From Lepisosteus oculatus (taxonomy: Eukaryota), in contig NC_090710.1 in assembly GCF_040954835.1 (NCBI RefSeq), positions 31,580,586 through 31,644,585 on the forward strand: a stretch of 64,000 nt of DNA, given 5' to 3'. This document shows positions 42,705 to 52,924 of the stretch, piece by piece; within the stretch, counting starts at the first letter, position 1; each line of letters opens with the position of its first letter. Under the pieces are notes generated by a model that saw only the letters and a program-made list of their open reading frames with translations, was not told the origin of the DNA and made no database searches. The position numbers and the translations under genes were made by a program.

Positions 42705-44147
42705 CATTATGAATGTGCCGAATATACATTTCTGCACATGCCTCTGTTTGAGCAGAGTGAAGCCCAGCTGAACGTTCCCTATATAAAACCTACATTTTCG
42801 TGTGTGACCTCCATGGCCCAGTCTCCTTCCCCGCCTGTCGCTGCGCCGCAGTGCTCTACAGCGGGCTTCCTCTTTTCTGCTTCAAGCTTCCACCCCCCTG
42901 CAGCACCCACAGGCCTCTTCGGCGCAGGAGCAGCACCCACGGGCCCCTTCGGCGCAGGAGCAGCACCCACGGGCCCCTTCGGCGCAGGAGCAGCACCCAC
43001 GGGCCTCTTCGGCACAGGAGCAGCACCCACGGGCCTCTTCGGCGCAGGAGCAGCACCCAGGGGCCTCCTCGGCGCAAGACCAGCACCCAGGGGCCTCCTC
43101 GGCTCAAGACCAGCACCCAGGGGCCTCCTCGGCTCAAGACCAGCACCCAGGGGCTTCCTCGGCGCAGGAGCAGCACCCAGGGGCCCCTTCGGCGCAGGAG
43201 CAGCACCCAGGGGCCTCTTCGGCGCAGGAGCAGCACCCACGGGCCTCTTCGGCGCAGGAGCAGCACCCACGGGCCTCTTCGGCGCAGGAGCAGCACCCAC
43301 GGGCCTCCTCGGCGCAGGAGCAGCACCCACGGGCCTCCTCGGCGCAGGAGCAGCACCCACGGGCCCCTTCGGCGCAGGGGCAGCACCCACGGGCCTCTTC
43401 GGCGCAGGAGCAGCACCCAGGGGCCCCTTCGGCGCAGGAGCAGCACCCACGGGCCCCTTCGGCGCAGGGGCAGCACCAAATGGCTTCTTTGGCACAGGAG
43501 CAGCAAACACAGGCCTCTTCGGGACAAGACCAGCACCCACGGGCCTCTTCGGCACAGGAGCAGCACCCACGGGCCTCTTCGGGACAAGAGAAGTACAGAC
43601 AGCAGAGACGCTGTCATGTCAGCCACTGGGGATTGGAGAGGCTTCCCTCGTGCTCTCTGGAGAGAATTATGGGGACACGCCGGTCCCTGTCCTGGGTGCG
43701 CTGGGCAGCGTCCTGCCAGATTGGGGCACACTTCATTCCTTCCCCTCTCCCCAGCCCCAGCTGGATCTCCCAGATTCATACCAGGCCGGGGGCGGCTTCA
43801 GGACCTTCTCAAGAGCGTCGGACAAGGACAGGAGAAGCGGGGATGCCGTTGCTCTCAGGTCTTTCCCAACTCATTCACCAGTAACTGTGGATTCAGCCCC
43901 ACACCTGGGTCCATTACAGGACCCAGCGCCTTCACGCTTGATCTCCCAGGATGCATTATTCAGCCACGAAGGTGTTCCCCTGCCCCATTCCCTGTCCCCA
44001 CCATGTTCGCCTGACCTGATGACTGCTGCAGAGTCGCCCAGACCGGCTGAAGGGGCGTCGTGGGCTTTGGGAGGAGGGGCGGGCATCTCGGCTCGACGCG
44101 TCAAAAAGAAGGCCGCTGTACCTTCAGCACGTCTCCGCCTACAAGAG
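42705..44147 (+). CDS. PARP4: PARP4 large low-complexity exon with an AGAAPTG(L/P)FG decapeptide array (3' boundary uncertain: 43971 or 44147)
   Basis: Acceptor gttttag| at 42704; continuous 481-codon frame; about 22 near-identical 30-bp units from about 42900 to 43600; Pro/Ser-rich tail like the human PARP4 low-complexity exon; candidate donors GAAG|gtgttc (43971, phase 1) and GAG|gtggga (44147, phase 0). Confidence 0.7.
42900..43600 (+). repeat. PARP4: coding 30-bp tandem repeat (about 22 units) encoding AGAAPTG(L/P)FG inside the PARP4 large exon
   Basis: gcaggagcagcacccacgggcc[tc]cttcggc units; variants R for T (agg) and LL for LF; internal block ARPAPRGLLGSRPAPRGLLG. Confidence 0.9.
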
Positions 44148-44417
44148 GTGGGATTCGCAGCCCACGCCCAGCAGGAGATGGAAGAACGCGGAAAACGAAA
44201 ACCAAGCGCAGGGGTGGTAGTCTGGTAGTTACACCTTTTTTTTCCATCTTCTATTCTGATCACTTGTGATGTCTAGTCACGTTTGCCGCTGCCCACGCGG
44301 TTATGTTTTCTCTGCAAGCCATTTCAAGCACACTGCTCCTTGTATTGAACCCCCTGTAGGTAGTGATAAAAGCACTAGCTTGGCTGATGCAAACCAGGGC
44401 GTGTATTTTCTTACCAG

Positions 44418-44526
44418 CTTTTCTGGAGCCATCGCTATCGGTGTACGATTCTGATGATGGCGGCCTTATTCCCATCAGCATTGAGCTTTTGCCCTTTTGC
44501 CCAGATGTGTCTGCCCCGCTGTCAGG
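44418..44526 (+). CDS. PARP4: candidate PARP4 small exon (needs transcript evidence)
   Basis: AFLEPSLSVYDSDDGGLIPISIELLPFCPDVSAPLSG resembles human ..AFQSSDTESDE..DDSIPCFLELKEED; acceptor ttttcttaccag|, donor CAGG|gtgcgt; its phase-2 output is what exon 44658 needs; pairs with a 43971 end of the large exon. Confidence 0.4.
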
Positions 44527-44657
44527 GTGCGTGTGAGGTCAGGGTTTTGAAGCTGCTTCAGTGTCTTGTGTGCAGACCTGGATGAAGGGCCACGTCCGGC
44601 CTTGGAACCCGGCTTTCATGACCTGTGCTAGACCTGTGATTTGTGATTGGATTCCAG

Positions 44658-44748
44658 CCGCGAGACCAGGGAGGAGCTGCCATCTGGATCTTTGCGGAGC
44701 CAGAGCTGTGTGTTATCCTGGAACCAGCTGTTTGCACTGCAGCACAAG
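44658..44748 (+). CDS. PARP4: PARP4 exon
   Basis: RETREELPSGSLRSQSCVLSWNQLFALQHK vs human KEEDEIVCTQHWQDAVPWTELLSLQTE; acceptor ttccag|, donor AAG|gtaagg. Confidence 0.75.
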
Positions 44749-44936
44749 GTAAGGGCCCCTTTACCTGTTTAATTAGGGCAATTAATTAGGGAGAAGATCT
44801 CACATACTGTGCCCATTTTACAGTCCTTCATGCCTGGTGTGTCGGCGTGAATGTTCCTGTTGCGCAGTAAGTGAGTACTGGTCTGCTGCTTGGTGTCTGT
44901 GACGTGTAACTCATATGTTTATAATGCCTTGTTTAG

Positions 44937-45039
44937 GATGGGTACTGGCCGTGCACTGCAGAACTGGGCTCTCTACTGGGTGTAGATCTCGACTTCCTTG
45001 CCAACATATTCCTGAAGGAAAAGGGCATCCTGTCTCTAG
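44937..45039 (+). CDS. PARP4: PARP4 exon
   Basis: DGYWPCTAELGSLLGVDLDFLANIFLKEKGILSLG vs human EDGFWKLTPELGLILNLNTNGLHSFLKQKGIQSLG. Confidence 0.88.
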
Positions 45040-45120
45040 GTAATTAATATCAAAATGCAGAATCTCAGAGCACAAGGAATCGTTCAACTCAACCAAATGC
45101 CACCCTGTCATCAGTTTATT

Positions 45121-45238
45121 AAGGTGGGTAGCTGCGTCAGCATGCGTAGGCTGCAAAGAACCAAGTAAGAGGTTTATTCCCTGCTGAAAAGAGAAGAAAG
45201 AAAACACATTTCGGCCGTGGAGCCTTCTTCGGGTGTGA
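45121..45238. mobile_element. half (left-arm) copy of the palindromic element in a PARP4 intron
   Basis: Matches the left arm of copy 2 up to the centre; flanked by the direct repeat tcagtttatt. Confidence 0.55.
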
Positions 45239-45835
45239 TCAGTTTATTAATCACTGTGATTTCCGGTGACCTCATAGTACTGTGGAAATCTGCTGGTATG
45301 CTGTACTGGCGAACTTTAACGTTTCTGTGGCTCGTGGGGCACAAATACAACACCAGCACACTAACTGCCAGACACACAAACGCAGTCCTGGAAATTGTTT
45401 CCTGGCTCCTCATGCAATTTCCTGTTGTGTGCAATAAATAAACCGCATGAGCCAGACACACCTTGCTGTAATATACCAGTACCACACACACCAGAGACAC
45501 TAGTTCAGCGGCACCAGCATCATGCTGCTTCAGTACACCTTCCTGCTGTTGGGAAGCCATCATCTCCACGCTGGTCTGATCTCCAGTCTAGTCTTTAGAC
45601 TGATTAAATAAACGAGCGTGGATTTCACATGGGGCATTCTTAAGGCGGTGCCTTTTTTACTGAAGTCCTTATTGAATGTCACTGTGCAATATTTGTGTCA
45701 GAACTACACAAAGCCTTCTTCTCATGGCATGTCCTGGAGCGGTAAGCAGCTTTCGATTTCTCCTGACCGCTTGTTGGCGGTGGGGTTTTTTTTGCTGTTG
45801 GATTGTTGGCACAATTAGGACTTTTCCGTTTCAAG

Positions 45836-45968
45836 GCTTGAAGGCTCGAGAGGAAATCCTGCAGCTGCTGGCCACCCTGCTAGTTCTCCAACTCCTTCGT
45901 TTTACGGGACAAACCGAAGGAATGCAGCTCACCTCCCTCTTTCAACTCGAGGACACGAAGCAGCCCAG
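45836..45968 (+). CDS. PARP4: PARP4 penultimate exon
   Basis: LKAREEILQLLATLLVLQLLRFTGQTEGMQLTSLFQLEDTKQPR vs human VKGRECLLDLIATMLVLQFIRTRLEKEGIVFKSLMKMDDPSISR; acceptor tttcaag|. Confidence 0.85.
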
Positions 45969-46615
45969 GTGCGTCCCGTCTGTTGAGTTTTAGTCTCTGC
46001 TTTTTGTTTTTGACACGACCGAGCTTCCCTTTCGGATCGAGATCCCCAAGAGCGAAAGACAGCCCCCAGTACTTCTGCCCCAATAAACTGATTAAATTCG
46101 TGTCCCAGAATTGGACCTACAGCTGTGCTCGCTCAAGCTGGTAACTGCGATTATAAAGCATCCCGTCATGCAAGATTTTTAATAGAGTTTAACGCTGAGG
46201 GAGGCTGTCCCCCTCTTCCCCCAACTTCTAAAACGTTCCTCTGGGAACAAGGAGCGCTGGTGGATTAAGCCCGTTCGGCGGACGGAGATCGGCCCAGTTC
46301 TCCCAAGGGGTTCTCGACAAAGATGATCGTGGCGCCTCTTCAGGCATGTCACCCCAACGAGCCCTCTCCCAGCGTGCACCTGTTACCCATACTCCTCCCA
46401 TCGCTGCAGAGAGAGGCTCGTGTTTGCTGGTCTTACCTGTACTTGTGTTAATTGTACACCTGTCCCTTTAACGCGCAGAGAGGAGGAGAGACTTACCAAT
46501 AACCCTCGCTCTGCCTTTCCAGCCAGGCAGACATTCGGTTTGTGGAGTTGCGTCTCTGTGCGTCGCGAACGCTTGCCTCTCGGTAGTCATGCTGTGCATC
46601 TCCCCCCCACCGCAG

Positions 46616-46799
46616 GCCGGCGCGCTGGGGCGACGTGAGCCGAGCGGTGGCGTGGGCCCGCGCGGCCGAGCGGCGGCACCCCTGCGCCTGCAGCCGGCTG
46701 GAGCTGGGCCGCGGCTGGGAGTCCGTCACGCGCCGGCTGCTGCGCCTCGAGCCCCTGGAGCGCCGCTCCCCCCTGCGGCCGGTCCTGAACAGGGCCTGA
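46616..46799 (+). CDS. PARP4: PARP4 terminal exon (stop TGA 46797-46799; extremely GC- and Arg-rich)
   Basis: PARWGDVSRAVAWARAAERRHPCACSRLELGRGWESVTRRLLRLEPLERRSPLRPVLNRA* vs human NIPWAFEAIKQASEWVRRTEGQYPSICPRLELGNDWDSATKQLLGLQPISTVSPLHRVLHYSQG*. Confidence 0.8.
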
Positions 46800-46984
46800 C
46801 CCGGCCCAGCCGGCCCGCCCCCCACGCCATCACGGGAGCCGCTGGACGACATGCCTCCCGGCGTATTTCTGCACTTGCCCTGGTGTATGTTTACCGCAAG
46901 ATGCACTTGCCCTTCTTTCAATCAGACTGTGCTTTGGGGATGATTTTCTAGATTTAAATAGGAGGTAGTTTCATATATGGAACT

Positions 46985-47165
46985 TAATAATAATAATAAT
47001 AATAATAATACTTACTGACATTTATATAGCAGTTTCTGGACACTCAACTCAAAGCGCTTTACAGGTACTGGGGATCCCCTCCACCACCCCCAGTGTGCAG
47101 CCCCACCTGGATGATGGGAATTGCTGTTCTGGTACAGCAGTCATGAAAGTGCTGTACAATCACTG
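46985..47165 (+). mobile_element. AAT-head family copy in the PARP4 3'UTR
   Basis: (AAT)10 then the tatatagcag..caaagcgctttacaggtactggggatcccctccacc.. module. Confidence 0.6.
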
Positions 47166-48280
47166 ACAGAAATAAAGCGTCAAACTTTCGGTATTGATTG
47201 CGCTGGTGCTGTTCCTGCAAATAGATTGTGAAACACCTCTGAAGGGGGAATAAATAATGCAAACCACAGTCTGGTGTACACGTGGTGACTTCTCTGCTAA
47301 CTACCGGTGCTCTGGAGCCAGCACTCCATGGCCTCTTCATTCGTTTCCAGGGCCAGTGAAAGGGGACCTGCAATGCTGCTTTTACATTTCAGGATTAGGA
47401 AGACCTGGCATTGAGGTGTGCACTACAAACCACCAGACCAAGTAACATGGTAACATGCAAAACCACAATGAGTGTAGACGGTAAACATGTGAAATCTCAA
47501 CTTTACATCATAAAATAGACAGTTTCCCAGCATGCGCAGCACCATTGTCCGCAATTCCAAACGAGGTAAAACACACTGTAAACAAGCAGGCTCGTGAATA
47601 TCTCTCTTTTAATCCAACGGAAAACTTGCTCGAGGATTCAAGATGGTTTTGTCAACAACTACCAGTTAACTCTGCATACAGATCTTGATGGAACGTATTT
47701 TGCTGCACAACCTGTACTTTCACAAAGTTAAGAGATTTTTTTCTGCGCGCAGTTCAGAATTTGTAAAACGTTGCCATACTGTCGATTCATTGTTGTTGCC
47801 GAGATTTAATGACCGGTCTGAGACATGGAGACTGCAGTTCGCCTGCGAGGTGAATTTAGCTGAAGCAGGGGCGGCCCCTAGTGGTCAAAGGGAGGTGGCT
47901 TACAGTGCAAAGCTCTTTACACGAACTGCACTTCGAACACTTAGTTACAGTTTTACAGGGTACACGTCACCCTCTGGAACTGGATGAAGCCAGGCCTTAA
48001 AACAACACTGGTGAAATCTCCATGCGTGGCAAACATACTGTATAGGTAAAAAACAGATTCAAGTCAAACCCCCTTCCAAGAGCTCGACGACAATCAAGTG
48101 CTGCAACACAACACAAGATGCCCACTGGATTTTCGGTTTGTATTTATTTTACTTAATTAAGACATTTAGAACCGCGTTCTAAAATTCATGAGAAGAATGA
48201 CAGTTGAAATACATACAATAGTAAAAGAAAAAGACATTCAAAGGGATTCGAGACTATGTACACAATTCCTCCTCAGCTGG

Positions 48281-48453
48281 CTACACGGAATCAACTCTTT
48301 TGAAAGTGACCACGCTGGACACCTTGTGGATTGCAGTGTCGAAGGAACGGAGGAGCACCTGTTCCGATTTGGCGATTAGCTGTGGACCAGACTCCTCCCA
48401 CTTCTCTGGTACCTCCATGTCTTTGTCTGTGTAGATCAGGAGGTCAAACGCAC
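48281..48453 (-). CDS. MAD2L1: MAD2L1 terminal coding exon
   Basis: AFDLLIYTDKDMEVPEKWEESGPQLIAKSEQVLLRSFDTAIHKVSSVVTFKRVDSV* vs human SFDLLIYTDKDLVVPEKWEESGPQFITNSEEVRLRSFTTTIHKVNSMVAYKIPVND*; acceptor tttttacattccag|. Confidence 0.9.
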
Positions 48454-49035
48454 CTGGAATGTAAAAACCAGCAAACTCGCAATTCAAGTCTTTAAGTAGT
48501 ACTCTGTATTCACCTTCCAAAAAAGCATCGGATATTTTTTTTGCACGTTAAAGGAAGGCATCTATCCATATGGAAGACACCTGCACTGCAAAGTTTGCAA
48601 GGCTTTTACAATTAAATCTTTGACAATTCCATGTGCCTCTTTGTAATTCATATTTTTGCTACATGCTGTAGGAGATGCCCAATTTTACAGCCAAGTGAAG
48701 TGTCCTCATCAATTCCCAAATCTCTTCCTCTCTTTCTAGGGCTCTCATCAGTTCATCTCATCCTTCTTTATGAACTTCGTAAATCCTACGAACACTCTTC
48801 TGGAGCTTGACACGCTTTTGCCTTTGCATGAGAACTTCCAACTAAAATGCTGGCACTGGGTCAATTACAATTTGCGGTAGTGTATTCTTGTAGTTAATGT
48901 GCCGCAGCATCAAACCGTTTTTGCACAACCTTAACACACAATCACTGGAAAATTAAAAATTTATTTCCCTAAAAATTGGCATTGAGAGAATCCCACACGG
49001 TGAAAACATCAAATGCAACCACTGTCAGTACTTAC

Positions 49036-49139
49036 AATCTGTTTCCAAGACGGGCAGAAAGGTTACAGTGGCAGTGATCTGTCTGATGATGATCTGGATT
49101 TCCTTTTGGATGGCTTTAATCGATTTTTCTCGTGGACAG
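49036..49139 (-). CDS. MAD2L1: MAD2L1 exon 4
   Basis: SCPREKSIKAIQKEIQIIIRQITATVTFLPVLETD vs human SAPREKSQKAIQDEIRSVIRQITATVTFLPLLEVS; donor GATT|gtaagt. Confidence 0.9.
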
Positions 49140-49494
49140 CTGTTTGTAAAACAAAAAAAAGCCGTATTCTAAATGCAGAGTGATATAAAACAAAAAATAA
49201 CCCACACTGAAGCACAAAGACCTTTTGATTTCAACAAGTTGTTTATACTCTGGAAATTGAACACGAGATATTACAACTACCTTGACTGAAGAATAGCACA
49301 AACACTTCCTAAACCAAGACATCTGGACAACATTGTAATTCATAAATAAGAAATGCTTTACAACTGAGTTTTCTTAAATTATAAGTTTAAGCAATCCTTT
49401 AATCAGAACTGGTTAAGGGAATTCTGACACAATGGTGTTACTTTAGAAGCCATACAAAAATTAGTTCCCTTTCCTCCATTAAATTATTAAATAC

Positions 49495-49615
49495 CTCGAT
49501 TCCTTTGCAGTCTTGTCACACTGAATATCAAACTGCCATCGCTCCAGGACCTCATTGGTTTCCAGGCTTATAATGACGATGACTAGCTTCTGTACGGTGC
49601 AGTCAACTAGCCAGT
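49495..49615 (-). CDS. MAD2L1: MAD2L1 exon 3
   Basis: DWLVDCTVQKLVIVIISLETNEVLERWQFDIQCDKTAKES vs human DWLYKCSVQKLVVVISNIESGEVLERWQFDIECDKTAKDD. Confidence 0.9.
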
Positions 49616-51138
49616 CTTTAAATTAAAGAAAGATGTTGACATACGGTTTATAGAAAGTGCTTAATGTTTACTACTTTCAAAATACAACAAGCCTCCCACT
49701 TGCAAAACATCTGACCCATTTCAGGTTCGACAAGCCTCCAGGGCCTGCTCCTTCCAGAGGTACACAAGCCAGGTGAAACGTGGTGTTCGAACTTGCCCCT
49801 AATTAAGAACTTGAACAGAAACCAGCAAAGATTCATACCATACTTAACACGGCTTACAGCTTCATGGCAAAAACAGATTCAAGAAAATCTGCAAATAACC
49901 TACACTTCCAGTATTCATGAGTCAAGCTTATTAGCTTATTACCTGGTAACATACACAGAAGAACACTGCTATTTTTCAGGAAAACAGTAAACATTGGGAT
50001 ATATAGTTAAGTATGGGAAGTTTAAATCAAGAGGTTGAGCAACGCATTACTAAAGCCTTGACTACAATTGTACAATTTTTGTCTCAACATTGCAAAATAG
50101 ACATTACTGCACAGACCAGAGACAAGCAACCAGACATTCCCAGGTTTAAAAAGGCACCCTACCCTGACAGGGTGCTCACCTTTTTGGTCTTAAACAGAGA
50201 ATACCAAGATTCAATAATCCAAACTCCTTTAAGGCACAAACAACGTCAACCCAACAGAAGTGCCCTTTGTACCACAATGCTTCTGTCTGGGTTAGGACAG
50301 TGTTACAAACGGGGGGGGTTACGAAACTGGTGAAAATCAGGAATTGACCGAGTGGTTCCGTCAATCACTGAAATAATTATTGATCATCCCCAACGTGTAC
50401 GTGATTTCTAACCATAAACCCCCGTGGCTGGTATAACTAGAGGCACGTGTATTCTCTGCTCTCTGGCACAGCTTTACAGAGGAGTAATCCAGGCACACTT
50501 GGCTAAGGGAAGCGCATGATTCTTTTTTCACAAGCCGCGTTGCCTTTCAAGTCGTCCAGGGGATCAAGACTCCCAGCGCACAGTGCGATTCAATCCGGGA
50601 CAGAGGTGCTGCACGCTTGGTCAAGCCAGCAGCACACATATCCAGACTGCGCTCTCCCTCGAGCGTGCCCGTGTGGACAGGCGTGCGCCGCCTGTTTCGA
50701 CAGTGAACGGCAAGCCACTGCCTGTCACTCCTGCCAGAGCTCGGCGTCCCTCTTTCACCCCAGTGTGGTTTAGAAATGCCACTGAAATGATCCAAGTGTC
50801 CAAGCCTAAAGAGCAAAATCCGCCTGTATGTTCCTGCGTATTAAACACTTACTCAATTTTCTGTTCGGTTTTCGCCGTAGCTTGTCAATTCCTTCTATAA
50901 GTGACATGAGAAATAAGAGGACGTCACATGGCCCGCAGCGGTCATGTCCAAACTGACAGACCCGAGGATCTCATCCGGCAGCGTCTTGGAACGAGACTGC
51001 GGCGAGGCACCTTCATCCACACTCCTCCTCCGCTCTGAGTCAATCAAAGTGCCTCCCCCCTTCCCTGTTCCAAACACCATTTCACCGAGTCTTCATGTTT
51101 CATTGCCGATTCTGAAGAAGCCTGGAAAGACGACTTAC

Positions 51139-51285
51139 CTTTCAGCTGTCCCACCACATTGGTCAAGTAGTTCTTCAGCTTGGGATCGGTCGTCACGTAC
51201 AGAGGCATATCGTAGTGAGTGACTCGGGTAAACGTCTCTGGAGGGTAAATCCCTCGTTGGTATAAGATATTGTTGATGCCAAACG
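51139..51285 (-). CDS. MAD2L1: MAD2L1 exon 2 (HORMA domain)
   Basis: SFGINNILYQRGIYPPETFTRVTHYDMPLYVTTDPKLKNYLTNVVGQLK vs human SFGINSILYQRGIYPSETFTRVQKYGLTLLVTTDLELIKYLNNVVEQLK; donor AAAG|gtaagt. Confidence 0.92.
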
Positions 51286-51950
51286 CTGTGAAAAATGAGA
51301 AGGTCCATTTTTTTAAAATAGTGCAGAGTACCATAACCTAAACATTGCATATTAGAGTTCCATTTTAAGTACGCCAAACCAGAAAAATACACGAGGCGAG
51401 CTACACGAAGTTTCTGGAGACTGGCTAATCGATCTATTATTGCACGCAAGACACCTCCCTCGTGTCTTTGGGCCGAGAGTCCTATTCTAAAGAATAATAG
51501 GAGACAGACTGGCGCATCGCAGGTCCTGTAAACAGAACACGGCCGGGTCAGCTCAAAGACATCCCGGACCTAGACGTGGCGAAAACCAGCGATGACGAAA
51601 GAGAAGATCACTTTGTTGTCCATATACAAGTTCTTGCATTAGGAATCTGTCTTTTCTCATACCCCAGCTTGTTCTCCATGAGACACACAGGCAGGGAGAG
51701 AAGCTGGGGGTCAGAGCGCAGGGTCAGCCATTTATACGGCGCCCCTGGAGCAGCTGGGGTGAAGGGCCTCGCTCAGGGGCCCAACGGAGAAGGATTCCTC
51801 TGCCGGCCGCAGGAACTAAACACACACTTTTGTGCATGTCATACCTCTCAGTACACAAACGCTAGCTCGTACTTAAAAACTGTGTACAGCACTCAGTGCT
51901 CTGGGGTTTTCAGAAGGGGCTGTTTCTTATTCATGGTGCAATGACATGAC

Positions 51951-51971
51951 GGGGGGGGGGGGGGGGGGGGG
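51951..51971. repeat. poly(G) tract (about 21 G) in MAD2L1 intron 1
   Basis: Read directly; possible assembly-length uncertainty. Confidence 0.85.
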
Positions 51972-52285
51972 CACTTTTTCATCCAATTAGTTGGCGCATG
52001 GGGTCTTAAAATCCCACAAACACCGAATAGTTAGACAAAAGCTTCCCACTGCTTTTTTTTTTGTTCAGTTTAGCGTGATACAAGTCGATAACTTCCGCTG
52101 CACGGCTCCCGACTCCTTTTAATAATGCAGCTAGGTAGATCCGCACTCACACCCTCGACGGGGCAGAAACAAAGGCCTGGTTCCTATTTTACCGAGTTTG
52201 TTTTGTTCCTTCGCACCGGGGGCTAACTTTCGCCCCCGCCATCGCCACCCCCCACCCAATATCACCAATGACGCCTCCGACTCAC

Positions 52286-52349
52286 AGAAAAACTCCGCCA
52301 CCAGCTCGGCGCTGCCCTTCAGCGTGATCCCCGTTAGCGTGCTCTCCAT
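52286..52349 (-). CDS. MAD2L1: MAD2L1 exon 1 coding part (ATG 52349-52347)
   Basis: MESTLTGITLKGSAELVAEFF vs human MALQLSREQGITLRGSAEIVAEFF; donor TTCT|gtgagt. Confidence 0.85.
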
Positions 52350-52620
52350 GTCGGCGGCGCAGCTCCCCGCTCCTCGGTTTGAAACAGGGGAGCGACCTGC
52401 GCGCACTTTTGAAAACCAACAGCCAAGCAGGAGGCGCAGCGCTGATGACGTCGGCGGTGACGTCGCGCCGCCTCCGGGCGTTCTGGGATCCATTGCTAAT
52501 CCTGAGCGCCCTCGGCTGCGCGGACATAGCGCTGGTAAAGAGTTGTGTGAAGGCGATTGGGGTTTTTTTTTATGTTCATGGAGAAACCAAAAAAAATAAA
52601 CAACAGCAGACAGGTGTTAC
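52350..52620 (-). promoter_or_regulatory. MAD2L1 promoter / 5'UTR (CpG-rich; two TGACGTC motifs at 52446-52465)
   Basis: Immediately upstream of the MAD2L1 ATG; CpG-dense; tgatgacgtcggcggtgacgtcgcg. Confidence 0.45.
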
Positions 52621-52924
52621 GGGCAAATGCCTAAATATTTTGAAAATCCCAGGCTTCTCTGCTTTGAACAATACAGTTCAAACAGAGGGGATCGAGAAAG
52701 TTTTCAAAAACATCGGCATTGAACGATGATTTGCAATACTCTTGGTCTATTTCTTTTACCAATTACCATAAACCGACTCCCCTAAACAGATCCTTCTGTC
52801 CTGGTATTTTATTTATTAATCAGCAGATTGTGCAGGCCGAAAGTTAAATTCGGCAGGACAACGGGGACGGTAACTCGAGTTCAGCGTCACTTCATCCCTG
52901 TAAGTCCACTTACAGGGATGAAGT

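Noticed and set aside
42779-44014. Minus-strand and alternate-frame ORFs of 263-404 aa across the PARP4 repeat exon
   Set aside because: Stop-free by chance because of the 30-bp GC-rich tandem repeat. The conserved PARP4 frame is the + strand frame of 42705.
49793-50333. + strand ORFs (65 and 106 aa) in MAD2L1 intron 2
   Set aside because: No recognisable domain, no splice or promoter context, AT-rich; treated as noise.
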